From: Malacoraja senta | Taxonomy: Eukaryota | Direction: 5' to 3' | Length of the DNA: 64,000 bases | Assembly: GCA_038087875.1 (NCBI GenBank) | Contig: CM075994.1 | Span: 11,658,001-11,722,000 of the forward strand | Shown here: positions 13,380 to 26,789 of the stretch, in pieces | Numbering within the stretch: the stretch's first letter is position 1 | Layout: every line of letters begins with the position of its first letter | Translations under genes and position numbers: made by a program | The notes under the pieces: generated by a model | What the model was told of the DNA's origin: nothing | Databases searched by the model: none | The model's input: the letters and a program-made list of their open reading frames with translations, nothing else

Positions 13380-16120
13380 GTGCGACATTTAACTGGCACA
13401 ATCTTCGCTGCCATTATTAACATCTCACTTCAACATACCACGACCCCATCTGCTTCAAGGAAACTTACATCAGTCCAGTCACTAAATAAAAACAAAATGC
13501 CCTGTCTCTGAAATGCCGCCCAGCACCTTTAACATCAACCATTATAAAGTGCATTTAAAGAATGGTAATATCCCACGTCTGCACCGCTCTGAAGGATAAT
13601 CTTTACTCCCTGTAATTTGCCACAAAATGGTTTATGGATCATCCCAACTCTCTTGCAATCCATCCAGCTTCTGATCCCCTTGATAACAGCAATATATGTG
13701 TAGGAATGCTATTCGGTAATACAGGTTCATTGGCAACACCCTAGTAAAGAATGAGCTCAGCCGTAAACATCTGAACCTTGGCTTTAGGGTCTCCATCTGA
13801 AGCGTCTTCTTGAATTTTTTGAAGAGGGTACCAGGGAAATTGATGAGGGTAAAGCGGTGGATGTTATCTATATGGACTTCAGTAAGGCCTTTGACAAAGT
13901 TCCACATGGAAGGTTGGTTAAGAAGGTTCAATTGTTGGGTATTAATGGTGGAGTAGCAAGATGGGTTCAACAGTGGCTGAATGGGAGATGCCAGAGAGTA
14001 ATGGTGGATGGCTGTTTGTCAGGTTGGAGGCCGGTGACTAGTGGGGTGCCTCAGGGGTCTGTGTTGGGTCCACTGTTGTTTGTCATATACATCAATGATC
14101 TGGATGATGGTGTGGTAAATTGGATTAGTAAATATGCAGATGATACTAAGATAGGTGGTGTTGTGGATAATGAAGTATATTTTCAAAGTCTACAGAGAGA
14201 TATAGGCCATTTGGAAGAGTGGGCTGAAAGATGGCAGATGGAATTTAATGCTGATAAGTGTGAGGCGCTACATCTTGGCAGGACAAATCAAAATAGGACG
14301 TACATGGTAAATGGTAGCGAATTGAGGAATGCAGTTGAACAGAGGGATCTAGGAATAACTGTGCATAGTTCCCTGAAGGTGGAATCTCATGTAGATAGGG
14401 TGGTAAAGAAATATTTTGGTGTGCTGGCCTTTATAAATCAGAACATTGAGTATAGAAGTTGGGATGTAATGTTAAAAATGTACAAGGCATTGGTGAGGCC
14501 AATTCTGGAGTATGGTGTACAATTTTGGTCGCCAAATTATAGGAAAGATGTCAACAACATAGAGAGAGTACAGAGGAGATTTACTAGAATGTTGCCTGGG
14601 TTTCAGCACCTAGGTTACAGAGAAAGGTTGAACAAGATAAGTATTTATTCTTTGGAGCGCAGAAGGTTAAGGGGGGACTTGATAGAGGTCTTTAAAATTA
14701 TGAGAGGGATAGACCGAGTTGACGTGGATAAGGTTTTTCCATTCAGAGTAGGGAAGATTCAAACAAGAGGACATGATTTGAGAATTAAGGGACAAAAGTT
14801 TAGGGGTAACATGAGGGGGAACTTCTTTACTCATAGAGTGGTAGCTGTGTGGAATGAGCTTCCAGTGGAAGTGGTGGAGGCAGGTTCGATTTTATCATTT
14901 AAAAATAAAACGGATAGGTATATGGACGGGAAAAGAAAGGAGGGTTATGGTCTGAGTGCAGGTAGATGGGGCTAGGTGAGAGTAAGTGTTCGGCACGGAC
15001 TAGAAGCGCCGAGATGGCCTGTTTCCGTGCTGTAATTGTTATATGGTTATATGGTTATATGGTCTTTAATGCTTCCTGACCGGCAGACATGAGTAGTTTA
15101 CAAATGGTCATAGTATTACTTCACCACGACACCACACACCAGTGATACTCAGTGGTGTTCATTCAATCCCTCTCACTTCTTCTTGTGCACCAACAACTGT
15201 GAACACATACAATGCCAAATTGATATGTGTTCACCGATACCATTGGTGTCGACAATATTGATTCACTATAATGAGAGAAAATGTTAGAAGGAGGGCAACA
15301 ATCATCTGTATTCTGTCATGGAAACAACGTTAACTGATAAGGATGACAGAGTTGGTCAATGACTTAAGCAGGCGGGAGGTTGCACACGTCCTATGTTCAT
15401 CAACGAGCCTACTCTACACATTGTCCGGAACTTCGGGTTCCTGGGCATCCATATCATTTGCAACCTATCCCGCTCCTTTACCACTGAGGCGGTCATAAAG
15501 AAAGTGCATCAGTGGATTTTTTTTCTTAGGTTCCTGAGAACATATGGCGATGGCCACGAGGATACCGGCGAAATTCTACGATGCTCCATCGGTGACATTC
15601 CAACGGGTCTGCCAAATGTGCCGGTCATAAACGCCTGAAGGATCAGAGTACAGTTTATCATAGGGTCTTCACTTCCTTCAATCCAGTTCAATATCAAGGT
15701 ACATTTCACCAGAAGGCCAGAAGTATCGACAAGGATTCCTACTATCCCATTACCTTATCTCTTCGACTTTCTCGGAGAAGATGCAGGAGCTTGAAAGTTC
15801 GGATTGCCAGGCTTAAGAATAGCTTTTTTCCTCACTACTACCTGATTACTGAAATAATATCGTATTTTGCAGCCCCATCCGGGATATGCCGCTACATATC
15901 TTATTCATAACGTTCCCTCATTCCGTTAATCCGCTGTTGTACTCTAATGTGCCCTACATCACAAAAGTTGTTCCACACCCTGCACCATTCTGCTGCTTCG
16001 CACTAACCGCTGTATATATTGTAGCATGAAAATACGTAAATTATTTGCGTTGTGAGCTTCGTGTGAACAACGACTTTCATTGCGCCCTGGTGAGTTTGAC
16101 AATAATCTATTTTAAATCTG
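13380..16120 (+). mobile_element. Old Rex1/Babar-type LINE split by a CR1 insertion
   Basis: Decayed PxCFKET...ALTSTIIKC motifs lie before 13800. The element resumes after 15060 (FLGIHI...AVIKKVHQ...RLKNSFFP). Confidence 0.65.
13805..15062 (+). mobile_element. Young 5'-truncated CR1 LINE (RT domain)
   Basis: Open 372-aa ORF 13857-14975 with DFSKAFDKVPH, SGVPQGSVLGP, KYADDTK and LERRRLRGDL, followed by an (ATATGGTT)n tail. Confidence 0.95.
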
Positions 16121-17340
16121 AATTTTGAAATCTACGAGACAGCTTCCAATTTTTCCGTCTGGTGCTGGTGTATCCACTTGGCGTGCCAATATTTTCTTAC
16201 AGTTGATCCATATTGATATTTATTCCAAGTTCCCAGGAGTAAATATCGTTTGTAAGAATAAATATCAAGTTCCCAGGAATAAATATTACCAGCAATTTAT
16301 CCCAGGCCAGTCACATCAAAGCAATGACCAACAAAGCACAGCTGCCTGTTTTATTAGAAGGCTTAGGAAGATCGGCCTGTCTGCAACAACCTTCACCAAC
16401 ATCTAGAGATGCGCCATCGTAACCTTCTTATCGGGATGAAACATGGCCTATGTTGGGAACAGTCTCCCGGCAGGCCGCGCGCGGCGGAAATGTCTCCAGG
16501 CATGTGGCGGTTCCAAAATCGGGCCTGGCTTGCCTGCTGCGGAACAGAAAACAGCCCTGTAGACGGACCTCCAGCAAGCCCGGCCTCTGCGAGCCAATGA
16601 AGACCGGGAATAGGAGGGAATGATGGAGGGAGTTGGCAACGGCGGCGAACGTTGGACAAATGTTTCGGTAAGAAGATTACCTTTCTCGCCCTCAAGATCG
16701 GCTGCGGGTGGCGCCCCTCGGCTAACCAGTTTCTAAAGAGGCTCCGACAGGGCCTTTACGGACAACTGCAACTGGGACTGTGAAATAGCGCCAAAATGGC
16801 GCTTCTGCCATATGCAATCATTGGGCTGTACTATACACTCTGTACTAACTGGGTGATATCGCTTATATATAGTGATAGTCTTGCTGATCTGCATGTAAAA
16901 ACATAACTTCATTGTAACTTGGTACAAGTGATAATTTAGAAACAATTGTACCATTGAACAGCAACCAAGACCCCAAGAAATTACATTGCGTTAGGGATCT
17001 AGCCTAGACCATCACGTAATCAATGAGAATAACTGGCCAAAGAAACACATAATAGACAGAAGTCAATCTCTGCAAGCCTAGCCCTAACCCTAATTCAAAT
17101 TTTCAGTATCTGTGTGTTTTCGGTAACTTCCGACAGTAACCTTCTTTGAGGTTGTTGCCAGAAAAATGATTGATGGAGGTTCAGAAGATCACTTAACTGC
17201 TGCATGCCTCAATGGAATGCTGACAAACGACAGTCTTCGCTTTATAACTTGTTAAAGGTATACTGAACGTGAAGATACATTGTCTATTCTGGATCATAAA
17301 AATCACGTTAAGCCTCACATGTTGTTGGCGCAGAAGGCTG

Positions 17341-17680
17341 TGTCATAGATTCATAGAATCATAGAGTGACACAGCTTGGAAACAGGAGCTTGCAACTTGC
17401 CTACACCGGTCCACGTGCCCAGCGACACGGCCCATCTGCCCGCGTTTGGCCTCCATTCCTCCAAACCTACCCTGCTCATTTACCTGTCTAACAGTTTCTT
17501 AAACTTTGAGATAGTCCCTGCCTCAACTGCCTCCTCTGGCAGCTTATTCCATTCACCCACCGCCGTTTGTGTGAAAAAGTCATCCCTCAGATTCCTGCTA
17601 AACCTTATCCCCTTCAACTTAAACCTATGTCCCCTGGTCCACGATTCACCTACTCTGGACAAGAGACTCTGTGATCCACA
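17341..17680 (-). mobile_element. CR1 3' end fragment
   Basis: TRGHRFKLKG...FFTQTAVGEWNKLPEEAVEAGTI, followed by a (CTATGATT)-like tail. Confidence 0.85.
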
Positions 17681-19388
17681 AGAAGATCATATATGTCCAT
17701 TGATCTTCTGACATGTAAGAGCGGGCAATTGCTTACACAAATATGTCGAATACCTCCGTTGAATTTGAATTTCCCACTATCAAAATTTGCTTCTCTATGA
17801 ATCACACTGGAGACGTTACACTGTATCTTAATTACACCACTCAGCAATCATAACCTGTTTCGTCAATATGTTTGAGTGTCCTTTCCCACTCTTTCTAAAT
17901 ATTGTTCAATGATTGTGTACAAGAATATGCAGTGTCCCGCCAGAAACTACAATTATTTCAAGCTATTGCACAACACGTAACGTGGTTTCTGAATGTCAAA
18001 CATGTTGCAACTCCGACTCAGCTGATTTATAAATTTAATCACACCAAGCAATCGATTGGTGAGCAAGGCCTGGCATATAACGATGAATACTTCGTGAGAT
18101 AATTTAAGAGGGGAGTTAATTTGTGAGAAAGACACGATTTATTGCTTGTTTCATGATGCAATATTAAGTTGCGATTTTTTGAATACACATGGATGAACTT
18201 GTTCGATCATTTGATGTGTCACAGCAATGTTTTCCTAGCGATCGATCGACTATATCAGTATTCTTTGTCATGCATGACTCCGGAGTCAGCACACCCTTTG
18301 CGACTGAATCCTTGACTTCCTAATGCAACATCAATCACATCAATACAACTTGAAAACTTGAGATGCAGAGATAAGAACTGCTTATCTTCAAACTGAGGGA
18401 AATGTGTTTTTGCTCCTGCGATGGAACTGATCCCGTGTAGGCAGTGGATAGGCGACGTTGTGCGACGGGACCCTACCCCACACGACCAAACGAACCTCCC
18501 ATAGGTTAGGACGTACAAGAATTGTCATCGTCCAACATACCTCACACACTCACATGTTTTACACACTTTGTCGGTACACGTGTCAAAAATAAACTAATAC
18601 AAATAGCCACACATAATCGCAATAATGTTTTATTTAATTGTTCTCAATATTCTAGGTAACGCCGCAGGCCAGCCTCTCACAAATGCATATTGTTCTCTCT
18701 ATGACTTATTTTTCGTTTTCAATCATCGGTGTTGCTTTGCATGCCTGCAATTTAAAAGTATGTTTTGTTGTCAGGATACTGGTAATCGCATTGCCTAAAA
18801 AGCAACAGGGAATAGGTTCAAGAATAAAAGTGCATTTATTAATTTCAAAATGATTTTAAAGAACGTTTAATAAGTACGGAGCCTCGTAATTAGCTGAAGA
18901 AATGCAATTACCCTCGCAGTTTTTGAAAAGCAGTCCAACCGACTGAGTGAACACACGCGATCATTCTGCATTACTATTTATAGCCCGACAATTGTTCTGA
19001 GATCACTGTATGCAACTTATGTCGGCAGTGATAACACGGAAAATACGGATAAACATCGTACACATAACCAAGTGAAAGCTGTTTCAAGAGCAGAGGGAGC
19101 ATTTATTCAGTAATATGCATCAGAGGTGCAAAAACATGATTTCTTCATTACTCACGTTTCACTAATTGAGCTATTTGTCAGAGTGTTTATTGCACAACGC
19201 ACCAGAATAACATTGTCCAAAGAAAATAAAGCTGGCATTTAATTTTGTCAAAGGCGATACATCAATGCAATGGTTATGTTTTCTTCTATTCACCCTTGGG
19301 ATATCCTTGGGATATATGTATAGCGTAAATCGAAAGCAGGAGATCCGGGTGTCTATTGAACAACCACACACGTACCTACTCCACGATT

Positions 19389-19458
19389 ATGGGTCTGCCT
19401 GTCATTGTACTGGTAGAATATATTTTATATCCTATTTTTGCGGTAATTGGAATTCCTG
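19389..19458 (+). CDS. GPCR paralog B (GPR139/GPR142-like), exon 1
   Basis: ATG at 19389 gives MGLPVIVLVEYILYPIFAVIGIP plus G, then a GTAAGG donor at 19459. 70 nt, phase 1. Confidence 0.85.
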
Positions 19459-21424
19459 GTAAGGCAAGGTTATAATTGATTTACTGTTTGGAAATAATTG
19501 TTCATGCATTTGAGACGACGACATGAATAACTCAGAGGGAAAGTCAAATTTGAATACAAATACATATGAGTAGAATTACCCTATGATGTTTTTGCAGGGA
19601 CATAATTATTTCGCAATGTTCTGGTCGATCATTCAGTGTTACACACCCAGCCATTACACCCAGGATATTTGAATAGGCTCCGGGAACTTGCGTAAAATAT
19701 AGGAGTATGTTGTATATCGATCAGCATTGATTGGTAAATAACGCCTTTCTTTCGTTTAGAAAGGTATTATCACGAATGCACTTCAAAACAGGTACTTCGT
19801 GGATGTATTTGGATTGAAGTACCTCCAAGTAGATATTCAAGCGCGCTGTAAACCGATTTGGTCGAATAGGGAGATGAGAACACAACACTCTTTTGGGCTG
19901 AAGCAATTGGCAGTGGACGTTCTTGCCCGGTATGGCATTGCAAACCTGCCGGCATTATCAGGAAATTGAGCCAAAATGGGACTTTCTTGCATCAAGGAAA
20001 GACGACGTTATTGTATTGAATTCAAACCTACATATTTATTAACGATGAAATTGCAGCGGCGTGAATGTGCACCGTTTACGCGAGAGTTGGCTTTAAACGA
20101 AACTTGCGTTTGGCCATTATCTACTCGCAGTTCGCTGGTGACGAAATGATGGCTACACCCTGAGAGACGTCTGAATTTTCAACTTTATGGCTATTGCTAT
20201 TGAGGTACGCTAGCATCATTCAATCAATCGGGCATTAGATATGACGAATATTACTTGTCCTTGGGATCCGCCAAGCGATCTTTTGTGTTGAATGTTTTGA
20301 AAATTAACATGGAAACGATGTGCCGATTTTTTGCTCCAAATAAGTAGTTAAAAAGATGTTTGCAGCATAATCTCACCCTCTTTATAATTGTTCCTCTGTG
20401 GAAATGCAGTATCCCTCAGATGTCCGTTAGTTACATGCATTTATGTGCAGCCATGACTACTGCATATATCTGTTTTGATATTTGAATTAATCCTGCATGG
20501 AATAAAAAAATTATACTTCTTAATTTTTTTTGTCATTCCATATATAACAAAATATTACTAATCTGTCTGCTTATCGGTTGCGTTAATTTTTTGATAATTT
20601 TGGTAGCATGGAAACAAAATATTGCAGCAGACCAATTGGAAACGGTTGCCATGAGATGCAACCGATTTACTTTGCCACCGATTATTTCGTCAGCAGGTGG
20701 AAACATTTATACAGGAACGGTTTGGAAAACTACGAAATTAATCAAGGAAAATGCTGCTTTTATTTGTCTTTCCATTACTTCTCATTACATTACTTCTCTT
20801 ACGTGGTATTTGGGGGCATTCGTTAGACATGCTAGACCTTGTGTTGTAAAGGCAAGATTGAACTGTGTTGAATTCCAAAAGGCGTTGGTTCCAATTCCAT
20901 TTAAGCTCAGGCGATACTTATAAGAAATGGTTTAAGGTATCACGAATTGGACCAATGGCGTCAATTGAGCACTAACGGCAAATATGTCTTGATAATTGAA
21001 GAAAATGCCTAGCTTTACTGTCAACAAATGAAGGCCATAACTTATTTCACAAAAATCTGGACAAAACCGCTACCCCAAACTCTGCTCAACGTCACTCAAG
21101 TTCACATCCTTTAGATAAAGAAAATGATGATGTACCTTGATGTACGTGAAAACAGTTCTATCAATTGGAATATCATATAGTAAGGCATGAACGTAAAGCA
21201 GTTTGATATTTACAGAAGAAATCTCGACCCGAATATTATTGTATTCACTATTAGAGTTATCGAGTCATAGTCATTCTGGAAACCGGCCCTTCGGCCCAAC
21301 TTGCCCACACCGGCCAACATGTTCCAGCGTTACTCGTCCCACCTGCCAGCATTTGGTCAATATCCCACTCAACCTTTCCTATCTATGTACCTGTTTAACT
21401 GTGTCTTAATTGTTGGGATAGTTC

Positions 21425-22380
21425 ATGCCTCAACGGCATAACCAGGTATTGAAGTGCACAGCTGCAGCAATTGAGAGGAGGAGAGTACAGGTGAATTCAG
21501 TAGGCATCAGGACTGGGAGTGTAGCGATTCATTTTGTCCGTGACGGAGAGCAAGACAGAGGAGGGATATTTGCAGATAGGTATAAGTCAGGCCAGTTACG
21601 GGGAGCCAATAATTGGGAGATGCGGGTATATTTAGGAGGAACGCTTGTTGTTCCGCAGGAAAAAAATACTTCTAGTTTGATGACTGATATAATGTTATGG
21701 TCAGTTAGTCAGCGGATAGTGTATTTTATAGAACTGAAGGTGCCTTGGCAGATGCTTAGATATGTGGAGTTGGCTGAAAGGAAAATGCTTAGATATGTGG
21801 AGTTGGCTGCAGAAGTTGGGCAACAAGGATGGAGAGCAAGAGTACGTCCGGTAGAGGTGGGTTGTAGAGGTTTCATAGTTAGATCAACCACGTCGACATT
21901 TGGAGAGCTATAAGTTCAAGGACAGAGTTTGCATCAGGCTGAAAAGCAAATGTCAGAGGCAGAAGGGTGGACGACAGATGGCGCAATGGGCTAAGTGTTC
22001 GGCTGGCAACCGGAAGGTAGCCGGTTCGAATCCCGCTTGGAGTGCATACTGTCGTTGTGTCCTTGGGCAAGACACTTCACCCACCTTTGCCTGCGTGTGA
22101 ATGTGTGTGAATGTATGTGAATGTGTGTGAGTGATTGGTGGTGGTCGTAGGGGCCGTATGCGCAGATTAGCAGCCACGCTTCCGTCAGTCTGCCCCAGGG
22201 CAGCTGTGGCTACAGAAGTAGCTCACCACCACCGAGTGTGACTGAGGAGTGAATGAATAATGCGATGTAAAGCGCCTTGAGTATTAGAAAGGCGCTATAT
22301 AAATCCCATCCATTATTATTATTATTAGAAGAGCAAGGCAGTCGGTGGATTTGGTGGAGAAGAAAGAGTGTCGGTTGGAA
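21425..22380 (+). mobile_element. R2-superfamily (Hero-like) non-LTR retrotransposon fragment, restriction-like endonuclease domain, interrupted by a SINE
   Basis: RHNQVL, S-L-x-x-D-I-x-LWS, IELKVPW, RY.EL and PVEVGCRGF. The C-terminal MSEAE|EQGSRWIW resumes after the SINE. Confidence 0.75.
21966..22326 (+). mobile_element. tRNA-derived SINE, AFC/CORE-like, with 5-bp TSD AGAAG
   Basis: A box TGGCGCAATGG at 21979-21989, B box GGTTCGAATCC at 22023-22033, core GTGTCCTTGGGCAAGACACTT, L2-type TGTAAAGCGC tail and (ATT)n. AGAAG occurs at 21961-21965 and 22327-22331. Confidence 0.85.
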
Positions 22381-23625
22381 ACGTATGGCATGCAGTATGT
22401 GTAATAATTTGTAATTGTAGTTTGTGCAAATGTATCCGGTCTTATGCAAGGGAGATATTTGTGATGTTACAAACTTAATGATGGACTAGGATTAGGGTAA
22501 AATTGGATTAGGTGTTTAGCATCTGTTAGAGTGAGCTAATTGGCTGTGGCTTCCTTTATTTAGTAGATACTGGTCGCATAATTGGTGAGAGCAGGTGTTG
22601 ATGGAGGTTCTTCTGAGACGTCAGAACCAACTATTGAGCCTTCCCGAGGTGTTGTGCGCCTAACTCCACGAAACACCAATGAAGTGAGGTGCAATGAAGA
22701 AGAGATAACCCCAATCATATACTTGCATCTACAGGATTCATTTTTTCTAAGAGTTAATTAATATGTAGGTAAATTTGTACTGCATTTGGAGACACTTATT
22801 GTAAGAATGTAATTAGTTATCTAATACTTTGGTTTTGGGCTTGGTTGTCTTACATTAGCGCATATCCCGGAGTTATACCTCAAGTACTTAGTGTTCTAAT
22901 TGTAATTTTAGACTGTTGAATAACAGATCGCATCCAATGCCTGAGAAATTATTATTTACCGGTTACATGCTAAGCACAACATTAGAATATCACCTGGCAC
23001 ATTGCAGTGTCGATGTTAAGATCGATCGTTCAAACAGCATTGCAGAGGGAAATCTCCCACTCCAATGCGAAAACATCAACTTTAGACTCAGTTAAGCAAT
23101 GACAAGAGACGGGATTTTTTAAAGTTAACATCCAGATTAAATCAGATTTTCTTTAGAAAGCCAACAACCTCCGGAAAGTAAAAATGCTGCATATCTGCCA
23201 CATTGCGTTGCGTGATACACAGGTTAAAATATATTGGCCGTTTTTACATAGAACATAGGTTATCACAAGAAGGGACCACTGTTTGCGTCAAACATGATGC
23301 CTAGATCCACTGGTCTCAGCTGCCGGTAAGGGATTCATATCCTCCCATTCCATGCATAACCATGTACTTATTTAAAAGCTTCTTAAACGCCACGGTTGCA
23401 TCTGCCTCCACCACCGCCCATGGCAACGTGTTAATGGCACCCACCACCCTTAAACGCCCCGCACATGTACATTAAACGTTCGTCCTTTCACCCGATTAAT
23501 GTGCCCTGTGGTATTGGGCATTTCTACTCTGGGAAATAAACGTTTTTGGCTATTACCGAAAAGCGAAAGGCTTGGATACAGTAGATGTGGACAGGATGTT
23601 TCCACTAGTGGGAGAGTCGCGGACT

Positions 23626-24318
23626 AGAGTGGAGTATTTTAAGTTCCAGGGAACCACCATCTCCAAGGACCTTAAGTGGGGGGCTACCATCGACTCCACA
23701 GTCAAAAAGGCACAACAGAGGATGTACTTCCTACGGCAGCTGAGGAAACACAATCTGCCACAGGCAATGATGGTCCAATTCTATAAGGCCATCGTAGAGT
23801 CTGTTCTCACCTTCTCCATCATGGTCTGGTTTGGCTCAGCCACCAAGCACGACACCTGGAGGCTGCAGCGAATCGTCCGATCAGCTGAGAAGGTTATTGG
23901 CTGCAACCTCCCCCCCCCCCCATTGATGAACTGTACACTGCAAGGGCCGGGAAGCGAGCGGCAAGATCATCTCTGATCCCTCTCACCCTAGCCACAAACT
24001 CTTTGAATCACTTCCCACTGGAAGGCGACTCCGGACTGTCAAAGCTGCCCAGCCAGACATAAAACAGTTTTTATCCACGAGTAGTTGCTCTACTCAACAG
24101 CCAAAAATCTGTAGCCTCCCTTTCATCAGGTATTTTGTTGGTTCATATGCTTGATCAATGGTGTTTTATCATTAATGTTTTATTATTATTAATGTTTAGT
24201 GTTTTCTGAGTCATTCGTAACTGTCACTGTATGCATGTTGTTACTTGTGGGTGGAGCACCAACGCAAATTCCTTGTATGTGAATACTTGGCCAATAAACT
24301 TACTTACTTACTTACTTA
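23626..24318 (+). mobile_element. 5'-truncated Rex1/Babar-type LINE nested in a CR1 3' end (CR1 spans 23560-24620)
   Basis: KKAQQRMYFLRQLRK, FY..IVESVLT and WFGSA, with an (ACTT)n tail. The flanks rejoin as CR1 ESRTR|HSHRIKGRSFR. Confidence 0.85.
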
Positions 24319-24994
24319 AATGTCATAGCCATAGAATTAAAGGACGTTCCTTTAGGAAGATGAGGGGGAATTTATTTAGTCAGAGGGTGGAAATTCCATG
24401 TAATTATTTGCCACAGAATGCTGTGGATGCCAAGTCAATTGATATTTCCAAGACAGAGATAGATAGATTCTTGATTAGTACGGGTATCAGGAGTTATGGG
24501 GAGGAGAATGTGGTTAGGAGGGAGATATAGATCTACTCAGATGAGTGAGTTGCGGAATAAACTTGATGGGCCGAATGGCCTAAATCTGCTAAGATCAAGA
24601 TGACCTTATGATTCTATATCCCACGGTATCTACTGCCCACATGTTTCAATAGACTTATATCATTTCTCCTCACCCCCTAACTCTTCATCCATCGTATAAA
24701 ATATTTCCACGATACAGTCCCACGACCCGGAAGTGTATGGAAAGGAAACTTACGAAAGGAAAAAAAACGACGAACACGTTGTTGTTTCAGCAAACCTGCA
24801 TTTCCGGAGCAATGTAAAATCAATTAGCAGCGAGTACACAGACTTTCGTATTCATCTCTGAAGCTTTTTACATGGGTTTGAAAAACAAACTTAGAGAGAG
24901 TAGAGCGAATAAAGTTATATTGTAGTAAAAATACAATTTCATTGCCATTCTTCGTGTTATCTTGTATAAATTATTGATCATTACTTTTTTGCAG

Positions 24995-25900
24995 CTAATT
25001 TGGCGACAATTTTCATCCTATCATCAGGAAAGTGCGGTCTCTCCAGATGCATCACACTATATCTGAGTTGGATGGCAGTAGCTGATCTAATGTTCTTAAT
25101 ACTCGGGACAATTCATTATCATATTAAAATGGTACATCTTCCATATTCATTCCTGAATTACACTCCAGTGTGCAGACTTAACTTATGTCTCATGTACATT
25201 TCTATTGATTGCTCTGTCTGGTTAACTGTCGCTTTTTACCTTTGATCGTTTTGTTGCAATTTGTCTGCAGACGATTCGTTCAAAATATTGCCTCACAGCG
25301 ATTGCATCAAAGGTGATGACAGTGCTTGGTGTGTTATGCATTTTAGAAAATATTCCATTCTACTTTCTTTATGAACCTCGCGAAATAATTGACGGAGTTC
25401 CGTGGTCTTGTATTGTGAAATCAAGTTTCTACACCTCAGACCTTTGGATTGCATACCTATGGTTAGAAACAATTTTTACCCCATTTTCGCCATTTCTGTT
25501 GATTGTCCTGTTTAATTCTTTGACCGTAAGGAATATTATATTGACCAACCGAGTCAGGAGCAAACTCCGAGGAACGAACAGTGATAAGAATGAAACCGAT
25601 CCAGAGATACAGAATCGAAAAAGATCAATCATTTTATTGATTACAATATCTGGTAATTTCATCCTACTGTGGATGGTAACATTTGCGTGCTTCGTCTGTG
25701 TGCATTTCACCGACAACACATTTACAGAATCTAATTACACCAATTCTTTCACCATTGCGGAAAAGGTCGGCTACATGCTAAGGTTTTTGAGTACTTGTAC
25801 AAACACATTAATTTATGTAGTATCGCAGCGTAACTTCAGAGAAGAATTGAAAAGCATGATCGTGCGTCCATTTGCTTTCATTGTAAACCTATTCCAATAA
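24995..25900 (+). CDS. GPCR paralog B, exon 2; +1 frameshift in a T5 run at 25233-25237
   Basis: Acceptor ttttttgcag|CTAAT. ORFs 25000-25245 and 25313-25900 join as VAFTFDRFVAIC if one T is removed (324 aa with exon 1). TM7 reads TNTLIY and the stop is TAA at 25898-25900. Confidence 0.85.
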
Positions 25901-26789
25901 ATTGCGTGACTTTGTAACACAACGCGACTTAGTTCAATGCAATGATTAGCCATGAAGTCCGTTCTCCGCTTACATTCAGGTTTTCAACACAAGTAATATT
26001 TCATTTCCATTATCTCTTTGTAAAATAATCGTGGAAGTTATAATGTTCATTCGATGTTAAACAGAAACCTACATCGCAGACAATAAAGGAAGATTTCCGA
26101 ATATGTAATAAAACAATGAAAGGAAATACGTATGTTGTGCTTGGACTGGGTTCGTGACAAGGTTGATAAAATCAATCTGCACAGGTGAAGGTGGCAGCCC
26201 CAATGCAGTCACGCGTGTTCCGGGGAAAGCGCTACAAATCCATGTGCTGCGCATTCCAGTAATTCACCCTCACGTTACTACTTCCCCGTTTGTCCAGTTT
26301 ACATATGTGTCAATGATTATTGTATCATCCTTCTTACAGGTGTCTCCCATTTTCCGATTTATTTTATGCCTTCTCTTAGTGCTGCCGTTCGGAAACCTGT
26401 AAAGACGTCCCTCGAGTATTTTTTCCCTTTAGTTCTTTCTGAGCTCTACCAGTTTCGTAATTTTCCAAGCAAAATTGTTCCACCTTTCATTCCCTATCCT
26501 GTGCCCATTTTATTTTGCGACTCGTGTTTCCCTTTTTCAACATCAACGGGTATACTTTATAATCACTGTAAATTTGCACGTTATATGTTTTTCACCAGTC
26601 ACTTGCTCTTTCTGGCCAATCAAACTGTTCTATCAAAAAAAATACTGATGTTGTGCTACTATGCTGAACTTTACTCGGTTGGGCCCGACGCACGGTCCCT
26701 CTTGTGAGTGTTATCCTTACGTCATCACGTGATCCCTGATTCTCATGCTATTCCAGAGTTCGCAAATAAATTAAATCTTGTTTCAAGGA

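Noticed and set aside
17076..17093. Telomere-like CCCTAA units (also near 1565)
   Set aside because: Only 2-3 imperfect units, not an interstitial telomeric array.
19790..19824. 9-bp inverted repeat AGGTACTTC/GAAGTACCT
   Set aside because: Too short to distinguish from chance, with no supporting context.
21966..22045. Apparent tRNA gene (A and B boxes)
   Set aside because: It is the head of a SINE with body, tail and TSD, and has no proper acceptor stem or terminator.
23572..23976. 134-aa ORF as a gene
   Set aside because: It is a chance in-frame fusion of a CR1 fragment and a nested Rex1-type fragment.
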